NCBI GenBank assembly: GCA_017856205.1
Contig: JAFMFL010000001.1
Location: 1 to 53,331 of the forward strand
Length of the DNA stretch: 53,331 nt
Direction: 5' to 3'
Source: Flavobacteriaceae bacterium
Lineage (GTDB): Bacteria; Bacteroidota; Bacteroidia; Flavobacteriales; Flavobacteriaceae
Below are positions 40,719-49,067 of the stretch, in pieces; the stretch's first letter is position 1, and each line of letters opens with the position of its first letter. The translations under genes and the position numbers were made by a program. A model generated the notes under the pieces. The model was not told the DNA's origin. It was given only the letters and a program-made list of their open reading frames with translations, and did no database searches.

Positions 40719-42701
40719 CTAACTCAACGTTTTTAGTTGGTTTTGCACACGCTCAATTTCATCTCTAAAATGAGCCGCCTGGATAAAATCCATGTCCATG
40801 GCGGCTTTTTCCATGTCTTTTCTTGCCTTTCGCACCATGGCTTGCAGCGCATCTTTAGATAAATATGCAATATCCTCCTTTTCTAGTGCTAAAACTGGCG
40901 AGGCGTTGGCACGCTCAAACGTTTCATCTAAGGCTTTGTTTAGTGCTTGAGGCGTAATGTTGTGCCGTTCGTTATACGCCATTTGTTTGGCTCTTCGATA
41001 TTGAGTTTCGTCAATTGTTTTTTGCATGCTTTTGGTAACGGTATCTGCATACATAATTGCCATCCCATTAAGGTTTCGAGCTGCCCTACCAACAGTTTGC
41101 GTCAGCGAACGAGCCGAACGCAAAAAGCCCTCTTTGTCTGCATCTAAAATGGCAACCAATGATACTTCAGGTAAATCTAAACCTTCACGCAACAGGTTTA
41201 CGCCAATCAGCACATCAAACAATCCTTTGCGTAAGTCGTGCATGATTTCAACCCGTTCAAGGGTGTCAATATCACTATGAATGTATCGGCACCTAATGGC
41301 AATTCGTGAGAGGTATTTGGTCAATTCCTCTGCCATGCGTTTGGTAAGCGTAGTCACCAAAACACGTTCGTCCTTTTCGGCGCGAAGCTGAATTTCCTCC
41401 ACCAAATCATCAATTTGATTTAGGCTAGGGCGCACTTCAATGAGCGGGTCAAGTAAGCCCGTGGGGCGAATAACTTGCTCGACATAAACGCCTTCGGTTT
41501 GCTCCAATTCGTAATCAGATGGCGTGGCACTTACGTAAATAACTTGACGTTGTAACTGCTCAAACTCTTCGTACTTTAACGGACGGTTGTCCATTGCGGC
41601 AGGTAATCGAAATCCGTATTCGACTAAATTTTCTTTTCGGCTGCGGTCACCGCCATACATGGCGTGCACTTGCGAGAGGGTTACGTGGCTTTCGTCCACT
41701 ACCATCAAATAATCATCTGGAAAATAATCCAACAAACAAAATGGTCGTGTGCCAGGCGCGCGACCATCAATGTATCGCGAGTAATTTTCTATTCCTGAAC
41801 AATAGCCCAACTCACGAATCATTTCCAAATCAAAATTGGTACGTTCCTCCAATCGTTTGGCTTCCAAGTGTTTACCTATTTCTTTAAAATATGCCACCTG
41901 TGCGGTAAGATCGTCTTGGATTTGATGAATGGCATTTTGCAGCACTTCTGGGGAAGTTGCAAACATATTAGCGGGGTAAATGGTCAGTTGTTCAAAATTT
42001 TCCTTAATGGTTCCTGTAAGTGGGTCAAAAACCTCAATGGCTTCAATCTCATCGCCAAAAAAATGAATTTTAAAAGCATGATCGGCATAGCTCGGAAAAA
42101 CATCAATCACATCTCCGTTGACACGAAAATTCCCATGTAAAAAATCAGCAGTAGTACGCGCATATAGGCTTTGGACCAACTGATGCAGCAATTTTGTTCG
42201 GGGAATAACTTGATCAACCCGAATATGAATCACATTCTTTTTAAACTCCACAGGATTTCCGATGCCGTAAAGACATGAAACGGATGCCACTACAATTACG
42301 TCGCGTCGCCCCGAAAGCAAGGACGAAGTGGTGCTTAATCGCAGCTTTTCAATTTCATCGTTTATGGACAAATCCTTTTCAATATATGTCCCTGTGGTAG
42401 GAATATACGCCTCCGGTTGGTAGTAATCGTAATAGGATACAAAATACTCTACAGCATTATTGGGAAAAAACTGTTTGAATTCGGCATAGAGTTGTGCTGC
42501 TAGGGTTTTGTTGTGTGCAAGCACTAACGTTGGGCGTCTGGTTTCGGCAATAACATTGGCAACCGTAAAGGTTTTTCCAGAGCCTGTTACCCCTAAAAGC
42601 GTTTGAAACTTATCTTTTTCGGCAAGTCCTATCGCCAATTGGCGAATAGCTTCTGGCTGATCACCAGTAGGTTTAAAATCAGAAATAAGCTCGAACTCCA
42701 T
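40719..42701 (-). CDS. uvrB: Excinuclease ABC subunit B
   Basis: Walker A GVTGSGKT, DESH box (VVDESHVTL), helicase motifs, and a C-terminal UVR domain. Confidence 0.96.
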   Translation of the reverse strand: MEFELISDFKPTGDQPEAIRQLAIGLAEKDKFQTLLGVTGSGKTFTVANVIAETRRPTLVLAHNKTLAAQLYAEFKQFFPNNAVEYFVSYYDYYQPEAYIPTTGTYIEKDLSINDEIEKLRLSTTSSLLSGRRDVIVVASVSCLYGIGNPVEFKKNVIHIRVDQVIPRTKLLHQLVQSLYARTTADFLHGNFRVNGDVIDVFPSYADHAFKIHFFGDEIEAIEVFDPLTGTIKENFEQLTIYPANMFATSPEVLQNAIHQIQDDLTAQVAYFKEIGKHLEAKRLEERTNFDLEMIRELGYCSGIENYSRYIDGRAPGTRPFCLLDYFPDDYLMVVDESHVTLSQVHAMYGGDRSRKENLVEYGFRLPAAMDNRPLKYEEFEQLQRQVIYVSATPSDYELEQTEGVYVEQVIRPTGLLDPLIEVRPSLNQIDDLVEEIQLRAEKDERVLVTTLTKRMAEELTKYLSRIAIRCRYIHSDIDTLERVEIMHDLRKGLFDVLIGVNLLREGLDLPEVSLVAILDADKEGFLRSARSLTQTVGRAARNLNGMAIMYADTVTKSMQKTIDETQYRRAKQMAYNERHNITPQALNKALDETFERANASPVLALEKEDIAYLSKDALQAMVRKARKDMEKAAMDMDFIQAAHFRDEIERVQNQLKTLS

Positions 42702-42708
42702 AGCATGC

Positions 42709-42716
42709 CAAAAATA
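42709..42716 (-). promoter_or_regulatory. -7 promoter box TATTTTTG for uvrB
   Basis: The minus strand reads TATTTTTG, 7 nt before ATG 42701, within the 23-nt gap after the ABC permease stop. Confidence 0.45.
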
Positions 42717-42724
42717 GCAAAAAC

Positions 42725-43558
42725 TTAGAGGTCGCGGCGTTTGAGAAGTCTATAGGTTAATAAATAAAAAATATAGGACCACAACACTACAATCACGATG
42801 TTCCAAAAGCGTACAGCGGAATTGGTTTGCATCACTTCACCTACTTGTTCTGCAAGATTACGCACCGCAGAAAGGCGCGTAAAGGGCTCGGGAACAAGGT
42901 TGCTCATGGCATTTAACGGAAATAGCCTAAACACTTGATCGGCATCTATCCAAGAAGGTGATTTCCATTTGAGAAGACCATAACAAATTCCTTCAAACAT
43001 TTGCCAAACGCCCAAAAATCCTAAGGCAAAAGCAGAGCGTTTAATGACTGTTCCCAAAAACAAGCAAAAGCCAAAAAAAGCGACTAGCTTTAAAAAGTAC
43101 GCCAACAGGTATTCAAAATCACTAAAAATGATACCCAACTCGGTGTAATTGGAATACATAAGCCCCAAAATCAGCGATACCACAAAAATGAACAGCGTAG
43201 AAATACCTGCAAAAGCGAAAATCATAATCCATTTGGAATGTAAAAATTCGCGTTTGCTAAGCCCGTCAATGAGGTTCTGTTTGATGGTTTTGTTACTGTA
43301 TTCGTTGGCGGTCATGGAAACGATAACCACAGCCAAAAATATTTTAAACCACGCGCCGATAAACGCATTAAAATGCCATACGTAGGGAAAATTAAAAATA
43401 CCTTGTTCCGCCAAGTGAAACTTGATAGGACCTATGTCAAATTTTATGGCAGCAATTAGCGCAATGGAGGTAAGCAAAATAAAATATGCACCAATCAAAA
43501 TACGGCTAGAGCGGTTGGTTCGCAGCTTGTCAAACTCTATCAAAAACAATCGCTTCAT
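42725..43558 (-). CDS. ABC-2 type transporter permease
   Basis: 277 aa with six predicted TM helices. The loop ANEYSNKTIKQNL after TM2 resembles ABC2_membrane_4 / lantibiotic-immunity-type permeases. It overlaps the ATPase gene by 4 nt. Confidence 0.78.
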   Translation of the reverse strand: MKRLFLIEFDKLRTNRSSRILIGAYFILLTSIALIAAIKFDIGPIKFHLAEQGIFNFPYVWHFNAFIGAWFKIFLAVVIVSMTANEYSNKTIKQNLIDGLSKREFLHSKWIMIFAFAGISTLFIFVVSLILGLMYSNYTELGIIFSDFEYLLAYFLKLVAFFGFCLFLGTVIKRSAFALGFLGVWQMFEGICYGLLKWKSPSWIDADQVFRLFPLNAMSNLVPEPFTRLSAVRNLAEQVGEVMQTNSAVRFWNIVIVVLWSYIFYLLTYRLLKRRDL

Positions 43559-44457
43559 GGCTGTTGGTTTTTTGTTAGACTTAAAAACTGCTCTTCAAGG
43601 CTTTTGTGTTTTTGAGCAAAATGCGTAATGATGATGCCTTGCTCACTTAACGATTTGCTAAGTTCTGTAGCGGTCATAGATTTGCTTGGATATGCGAGAA
43701 TATGAGTGTTATAGACTTCGATTTTTTCAATATCCTGATGAGATTCAAGAACTTTTTGTAATGCATTTAAATCTGTTGCATTGAGTTCAAAATAGCCATG
43801 ATCGGTGGTAAGTGCGGTTACTTTACCAAAGTAAATTCGTTTTCCTTTTTGCAACACCAACACGTGTGAGCACACTTTTTCTACCTCGTCTAATAAGTGC
43901 GATGCCAATAGAATGGTGGCGCCTTGTGCTGCAATTTTTTGGATTATACCCCTCACTTGCGCAATGCCTTGTGGATCTAAACCGTTTGTGGGTTCGTCCA
44001 GAATTAGAATTTCGGGGTCGTTCAGTAGGGCGGAGGCAATTGCCAAACGCTGTTTCATCCCTAACGAATAGGTTTTAAACGTATCGTTTTTTCGATCTAA
44101 TAAATCAACCAGTTCTAATTTTTCTTCAATCTTAGATTTCGGCACTTCTTTAATTCGACATACCAAACGCAAGTTTTGCGCAGCGGTCATGTATGGATAA
44201 AAATTGGGTCGTTCGATAATTGCCCCAACGCGCTTTAGCGCCTGATGGGTATTTTTTGCTCCATCAAACCATGAAAATGTTCCTGAACTTGGATTTACTA
44301 CATTGAGAATCATGCCAAGTGTGGTGGATTTTCCACTGCCGTTAGGACCAAGAATACCATATACATTTCCTTTATTTATGGAAAAAGAAAGCGAATTTAC
44401 GGCAGTAAGGTGTCCAAATTTTTTGGTTAAGTCTGTTACGGTTAAAATGGTGCTCAT
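43555..44457 (-). CDS. ABC transporter ATP-binding protein
   Basis: Walker A GPNGSGKST, Q-loop, signature YSLGMKQRL, Walker B ILILDEPT, H-loop SH. Confidence 0.9.
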   Translation of the reverse strand: MSTILTVTDLTKKFGHLTAVNSLSFSINKGNVYGILGPNGSGKSTTLGMILNVVNPSSGTFSWFDGAKNTHQALKRVGAIIERPNFYPYMTAAQNLRLVCRIKEVPKSKIEEKLELVDLLDRKNDTFKTYSLGMKQRLAIASALLNDPEILILDEPTNGLDPQGIAQVRGIIQKIAAQGATILLASHLLDEVEKVCSHVLVLQKGKRIYFGKVTALTTDHGYFELNATDLNALQKVLESHQDIEKIEVYNTHILAYPSKSMTATELSKSLSEQGIIITHFAQKHKSLEEQFLSLTKNQQP

Positions 44458-44474
44458 TGCTCTATTAACGTAAT

Positions 44475-44508
44475 TTGCTGAATTTTGTTACACAAAGTCC
44501 TAACTTTG
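44475..44508 (+). promoter_or_regulatory. Promoter of the 44513 gene
   Basis: TTG (44475-44477), 23-nt spacer, TAACTTTG (44501-44508), 4 nt before ATG 44513. Confidence 0.45.
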
Positions 44509-44512
44509 AGGC

Positions 44513-45577
44513 ATGCTCGATAAGCTAATTTCGAAAAAAAAGCCCACCTATCCTATTAGTCCGTTTTTGGCGGACTATTTGGAAGAGTATTCGCGGTCGC
44601 TTGAAATTCCTGTTTTTTACGATGATTTGTTGCGTTTTTCTGGTTCGGTGGCGGTAATGGATAAGCACGATAACGATAGCCTTTGGGTGCGCGTGTACTA
44701 TTCCGATAGCGATAGAAAAGAAATAGATGAACAGCTTAAACACGTTTATGCATTGTTGCATTCAGATGGAAGTTCCATGACCATTCCGTACCTCAATGTG
44801 GATTGCATTGACTATTGTACGTTTGGAAACTCCAAGCCTTTTCGGGTTAAAATTCGTAATACGCTGAATGATAACTTCATCTATTTTTATGTGAAAAAAG
44901 CAGATGCTTCACGGATATACGGGTTAGAATTAGAGCATATGCTTTCACCTTATAATTTAAATTTTTTGGTGTATCAAAATACGCTTATTGAGGAGCATAT
45001 TGCAGGTATTCCGGGTGATGAGTTTATAAAAGATTTCCTACCCAAGTGCACCAACGCTGAGCGCAGTCAAATTGCCAAATCGTTTGTGAAGTTTAATGAG
45101 CGTTGCATGATTCGCTTATTGGGGGATATGCGCGCCTATAATTATGTTATTGTACCTATTCATGACTTTGATAAAGTGGTGTATAAAATTCGCGCGATTG
45201 ATTTTGACCAACAATCCTACGAAGGGAGTTTGAAAGTATATCGTCCGCAATTTTTTAAAGAAAATCTACCCATGGTTGATTTGGTAAAAAATCATTTGAC
45301 CAAAACCTCCATTGATCAATATAAAATTGAAGAGCGCGCTACCATCGCTCGACGTATTTTGGGCAATGAAACGCGTTTAACGCAACTCTTGAAGTGCATG
45401 TTAAACGACCATATTTCTACACCTGAAAAAGTGAAGCAGTTAGGCAATGAAGTATATGGCTTAATTAAGCAATCTTCGTTTTTGAAAAGTCGTTCAATGG
45501 GAGAGGTTATGCGTGCAGCGTTTCACTTTGTAAAGCGCAACTACGAAAATCACGAAATGCTTCGGGTAAATCGCTAG
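44513..45577 (+). CDS. Uncharacterised protein with protein-kinase-like (RIO / Kdo-WaaP kinase-like) motif order
   Basis: 354-aa ORF with its own promoter. The motif order is FYVKK (aa 125-129), GLELEHM (aa 137-143), EEHIAG (aa 160-165), GDMRAYNYVI (aa 204-213) and AIDFDQ (aa 228-233). The CDS call is solid, but the fold assignment is inference. Confidence 0.7.
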   Translation: MLDKLISKKKPTYPISPFLADYLEEYSRSLEIPVFYDDLLRFSGSVAVMDKHDNDSLWVRVYYSDSDRKEIDEQLKHVYALLHSDGSSMTIPYLNVDCIDYCTFGNSKPFRVKIRNTLNDNFIYFYVKKADASRIYGLELEHMLSPYNLNFLVYQNTLIEEHIAGIPGDEFIKDFLPKCTNAERSQIAKSFVKFNERCMIRLLGDMRAYNYVIVPIHDFDKVVYKIRAIDFDQQSYEGSLKVYRPQFFKENLPMVDLVKNHLTKTSIDQYKIEERATIARRILGNETRLTQLLKCMLNDHISTPEKVKQLGNEVYGLIKQSSFLKSRSMGEVMRAAFHFVKRNYENHEMLRVNR

Positions 45578-46068
45578 TACCAGTCGTCTGAGGGTTCCTC
45601 AAAATCATCCAAACCGTTTTCGTCAAAGTCGTTTTCACCCCACGGATCTTTTTCGGCTTCAAATGTTTTTTCGGGTGCTTCCTCTGGCACTTCGCCATGC
45701 GAAAAAAGAAGCAATGGATAGGAATTTCCCGGTTTGGGTTCATCGGTTTCTATCAATTCTACAAAGAATGTCCACAGATTTAGAAAATCATAGACATACA
45801 GCATTTTGGAAACTTCTGGGAATACGTCTTGAAGTAAGGTGTCGCTCATACGTCGCGCGTCATCCTCTCCCATATCAAACAACGAAATGGAATCGCCTTG
45901 CTGCCATTCATCATCACTTTCATAAAAAACTGCCATTTCGGAACCACCAAAGCCAAAAGCTTGTGTAATGGCGTTATGAAAATCTTCAAAAGTGGCATTT
46001 TCCTCCAATGCAATATCTCGAAAAACGTCCTCTTTGGTGTCTAAAATAAGTCTAAAGTGATAAATCAT
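45574..46068 (-). CDS. pRiA4b ORF-3-like (PF07929-like) domain protein with acidic C-terminal tail
   Basis: The start is set at ATG 46068 (MIYHFRLILDTKEDVFRDIALEENATFEDFHNAITQAFGFGGSEMAVFY). This resembles proteins annotated as plasmid pRiA4b ORF-3 / IS1096 passenger TnpR family. The tail is WGENDFDENGLDDFEEPSDDWY. It overlaps the ctaA 3' end by 17 nt. Confidence 0.6.
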   Translation of the reverse strand: MIYHFRLILDTKEDVFRDIALEENATFEDFHNAITQAFGFGGSEMAVFYESDDEWQQGDSISLFDMGEDDARRMSDTLLQDVFPEVSKMLYVYDFLNLWTFFVELIETDEPKPGNSYPLLLFSHGEVPEEAPEKTFEAEKDPWGENDFDENGLDDFEEPSDDWY

Positions 46069-47083
46069 AACGATGTAAATTAATGCGTAAAACCCAATAA
46101 AGCTGAACGCCGAACAAAAGCGTGGCAAGAACCAGATGTAAGGGTTGGGTGGCAAAGGGGAAATCGAAATAAAACATAGCAATGCCAAGGGCTATTTCAC
46201 CACTCACGAGCCATAAAATGCGTTTAATAAAAATTTGCTCTATGTTATCTTTAACCACCCGAATGAATAGCAAAATATTTGCTGCAACCACAAACAAAGA
46301 CAGACTCCTATGGATGTAAAAATTGAGTTCTGGCGCAGCCAACCAAAACTGGGGTAAGTCGTATCCCCATCGTTCAACTTGTAAATCCACAAACTGTCGT
46401 ACTTGAATGCCTAAAATAATTTGAATCAGAGTAAGGGCAAAGGTTCCGTAAAGCAACACACGGATTTTTCGTGACGGAAGTTTGCTTAACCCAAAGGACT
46501 TTGAGGCTACACGAACCACTAACAAAAAACCAATAAGTAACAATGCCATTAGCATGTGTAACGAAATTTTTAGCGGTAACAAATTAGAATCTACAACAGT
46601 TTTTCCTAACCATGCTTGGAATAGTATTCCCAAAAGCGAGAGCAAAGCAAAAATAAAAATGATAGGTTTTTTTCGCCACCACTTTACACTATATCCAAAA
46701 AGGATGAGAATTGCCAAACCAGAGAGCGCACCCAATAATCTATTAATAAATTCAATCCACGTGTGGGTGGCGTTAAAATGTGCGTAATCGTGCTTGGTGT
46801 AGGGCTTCCATAATTCAGGGTTGAATGTATCGGTAGAAGTAAATGTATCAGCAGCAACTAACAAGCGGTCTTGGTCAATGATTACATTCCCTTTTTTAAA
46901 AGTGGTGTTTGGCTTCCATGCCAATTGCTCTACTTGTGTTGGAGGAATGTAATAGCCAAAACACTTGGGCCAATCTGGGCAACCCATACCACTTCCAGTC
47001 ATACGTACAGTTGCCCCAGCAGCAATAACAAGATACACTACAATGAGTGAAATGCGTGTCCAGCGTTGAAGGTTTTTGTACAT
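46052..47083 (-). CDS. ctaA: COX15/CtaA family heme A synthase
   Basis: 343-aa polytopic membrane protein with the N-terminus GATVRMTGSGMGCPDWPKCFG and conserved His residues in TM helices (HMLMALL, HRSLSL, LHLVLA). Confidence 0.85.
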   Translation of the reverse strand: MYKNLQRWTRISLIVVYLVIAAGATVRMTGSGMGCPDWPKCFGYYIPPTQVEQLAWKPNTTFKKGNVIIDQDRLLVAADTFTSTDTFNPELWKPYTKHDYAHFNATHTWIEFINRLLGALSGLAILILFGYSVKWWRKKPIIFIFALLSLLGILFQAWLGKTVVDSNLLPLKISLHMLMALLLIGFLLVVRVASKSFGLSKLPSRKIRVLLYGTFALTLIQIILGIQVRQFVDLQVERWGYDLPQFWLAAPELNFYIHRSLSLFVVAANILLFIRVVKDNIEQIFIKRILWLVSGEIALGIAMFYFDFPFATQPLHLVLATLLFGVQLYWVLRINLHRYDLSL

Positions 47084-47085
47084 AA

Positions 47086-48516
47086 CTAGGCGGGAAATAA
47101 ACCCATAGATTTTGCTTTGGTTAACATAAATGCGTGAGCAGCATCGTATTCGTTTGGAATATCACCTTCCAAAATGGCTTCTTTGATAGCATCTTTGATT
47201 TCTCCCACTTGACGGCAAGGCTTTAATGCAAAAATACGCATGATTTCCTCTCCTGATACAGGCGGTTGAAAGTTTCGGATGTGGTCTCTAGCTTCAACTT
47301 CGATTACTTTTTCTTTTACGACTTCAAAGTTTTTATGATAGCGGGCAAAGCGCTTAGGGTTTTTGGTGGTAATGTCTGCTTTACAGAGTAAAAGTAAATC
47401 GTCTAATAAATCCCCAGCATCAAAAATAAGACGTCGCACCGCAGAATCGGTGACTTCTTCTTGCGCAATCACGATGGGTCTTGAACTCATATAAACGAGC
47501 TTTTGCACATATTTCATTTTCTCATTTAGTGGCATACGTAGGCGCTTAAAAAGCTTAAACACCATTTTGGCCCCAACGAATTCGTGTGCGTGAAATGTCC
47601 ATCCCACTTTTTTATCAAATTTTTTAGTGGGTGCTTTGCCAATATCGTGTAACAATGCTGCCCAGCGTAACCAAACATTTTCAGAATTTTCGCTGATATT
47701 GTCTACAACTTCAAGGGTGTGATAAAAATTGTCTTTGTGGCGTTGCCCCTCCACTTCGTCAATACCTTTTAAGGCAATAAGTTCGGGAAGAATGCGCTTT
47801 AAGAGTTTTGTTTGATCGAGCAATAAAAATCCTTTAGAAGGCTTTGGGCAAGCCAATATCTTATTCAATTCCTCAACGATTCGCTCTTTAGAGAGTATGT
47901 CAATCCGTTTGCTGTTATTTGCAATGGAGTCAAATGATTTTTGTGCAATCGTAAACCCTAACTGATTCGAAAATCGTATTGCACGTAACATTCGCAACGG
48001 GTCATCAGAATATGTAACATCTGGGTCAAGAGGCGTTCGTATAATCCCATCTTTTAAATCCTGAATACCATTAAAGGGATCCAATAGTGCTCCGAAATTA
48101 TCCGCATTTAAACAAAGCGCCAAGGCGTTGATGGTAAAATCACGGCGGTTTTGGTCATCTTCAAGTGTTCCATTTTCAACTACAGGGTTACGGCTATCCG
48201 CCGAATAACTTTCTTTTCGTGCGCCAACAAATTCAAGTTGAATATCTTCAAATTTAATCATGGCGGTGCCATAGGTTTTAAATACCTGAATTTGATTTTT
48301 ACCGGGAAGTAATTCGGCTACTTTTTTGGCAAGTGCAATACCGCTTCCCACGGCAACAATATCGATGTCTGTACCCGTTTCTCTTTCTAGAAGTGTGTCA
48401 CGGACAAATCCGCCAATCACATAGGCTTCTACACCCAAAGCATCTGCGGCTTTTTGGATGTAAGCAAATGCAGGCAATTCAAGCGCCTTTTCGATGTGCT
48501 GTTTGTTGGTTTTCAT
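47086..48516 (-). CDS. CCA-adding tRNA nucleotidyltransferase / poly(A) polymerase family protein with HD domain
   Basis: Pol-beta nucleotidyltransferase motif GGFVRDTLL...DIDIV, an RNA-binding body, and the HD motif LLHDIGK. Confidence 0.85.
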   Translation of the reverse strand: MKTNKQHIEKALELPAFAYIQKAADALGVEAYVIGGFVRDTLLERETGTDIDIVAVGSGIALAKKVAELLPGKNQIQVFKTYGTAMIKFEDIQLEFVGARKESYSADSRNPVVENGTLEDDQNRRDFTINALALCLNADNFGALLDPFNGIQDLKDGIIRTPLDPDVTYSDDPLRMLRAIRFSNQLGFTIAQKSFDSIANNSKRIDILSKERIVEELNKILACPKPSKGFLLLDQTKLLKRILPELIALKGIDEVEGQRHKDNFYHTLEVVDNISENSENVWLRWAALLHDIGKAPTKKFDKKVGWTFHAHEFVGAKMVFKLFKRLRMPLNEKMKYVQKLVYMSSRPIVIAQEEVTDSAVRRLIFDAGDLLDDLLLLCKADITTKNPKRFARYHKNFEVVKEKVIEVEARDHIRNFQPPVSGEEIMRIFALKPCRQVGEIKDAIKEAILEGDIPNEYDAAHAFMLTKAKSMGLFPA

Positions 48517-49067
48517 CGCAATTGTTGCACGCTTCCGTCGGGCATTACTTGCAAAACCTGAGAGGGAACACGCGCTACTTTATCTTTATCCAAAGGTACT
48601 GTTTCGTCCACTTGCGCCAAAATGTATGGGTCAATTTCGCGAAATGTGGCAGGAATGGGTTCCCCACTTAGATTTGCGGAAGTACTCACTATGGGTTTTC
48701 CAAAAGCAGCAATCAAATCAAGAGCAAAGCAGGGTTTCGGAATCCTGATGGCAACGCTGTCATTTTCGCTAATGACGCCTTTTGCAAGCCCCTTCCCATA
48801 TGGATATACTAGGGTGGTGGGTCGTTCATTTTGAAGCAATTCTTCGATCTTTTTAGGAATCGTTTCTACATACTGCCTTAGCATATCGATATTAGAAACA
48901 AGCGCAATAAGTGGCTTGTTTTTTGGGCGGTTTTTTAGATTAAAAATAGCATCCACTGCTTCTTGATTTGTAGCATCACAACCTAATCCCCATATGGTGT
49001 CGGCAGGGTATAGGAGTGTTTTTCCTGCGTGAAGAGCTTTTGTATATTTTTTGATTTCAGCTATCAT
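48513..49067 (-). CDS. tsaC: L-threonylcarbamoyladenylate synthase (Sua5/YrdC/YciO family, single domain)
   Basis: 184-aa YrdC-fold protein (LLYPADTIWGLGCDA...LKNRPKNKPLIALV...TSANLSGEP). I cannot separate TsaC from a YciO-type paralog by eye. Confidence 0.7.
   Translation of the reverse strand: MIAEIKKYTKALHAGKTLLYPADTIWGLGCDATNQEAVDAIFNLKNRPKNKPLIALVSNIDMLRQYVETIPKKIEELLQNERPTTLVYPYGKGLAKGVISENDSVAIRIPKPCFALDLIAAFGKPIVSTSANLSGEPIPATFREIDPYILAQVDETVPLDKDKVARVPSQVLQVMPDGSVQQLR

Noticed and set aside
45574-46068. A possible mobile element, suggested by the IS1096-passenger style annotation of pRiA4-ORF3-like proteins.
   Set aside because: There is no transposase, integrase, terminal inverted repeats, target duplication or tRNA flank. 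The gene overlaps ctaA in an operon.
46069-46188. 40-codon N-terminal extension of the pRiA4-like ORF.
   Set aside because: It lies entirely inside the ctaA coding region in another frame. The family-like sequence starts at MIYHFRLILD (ATG 46068).
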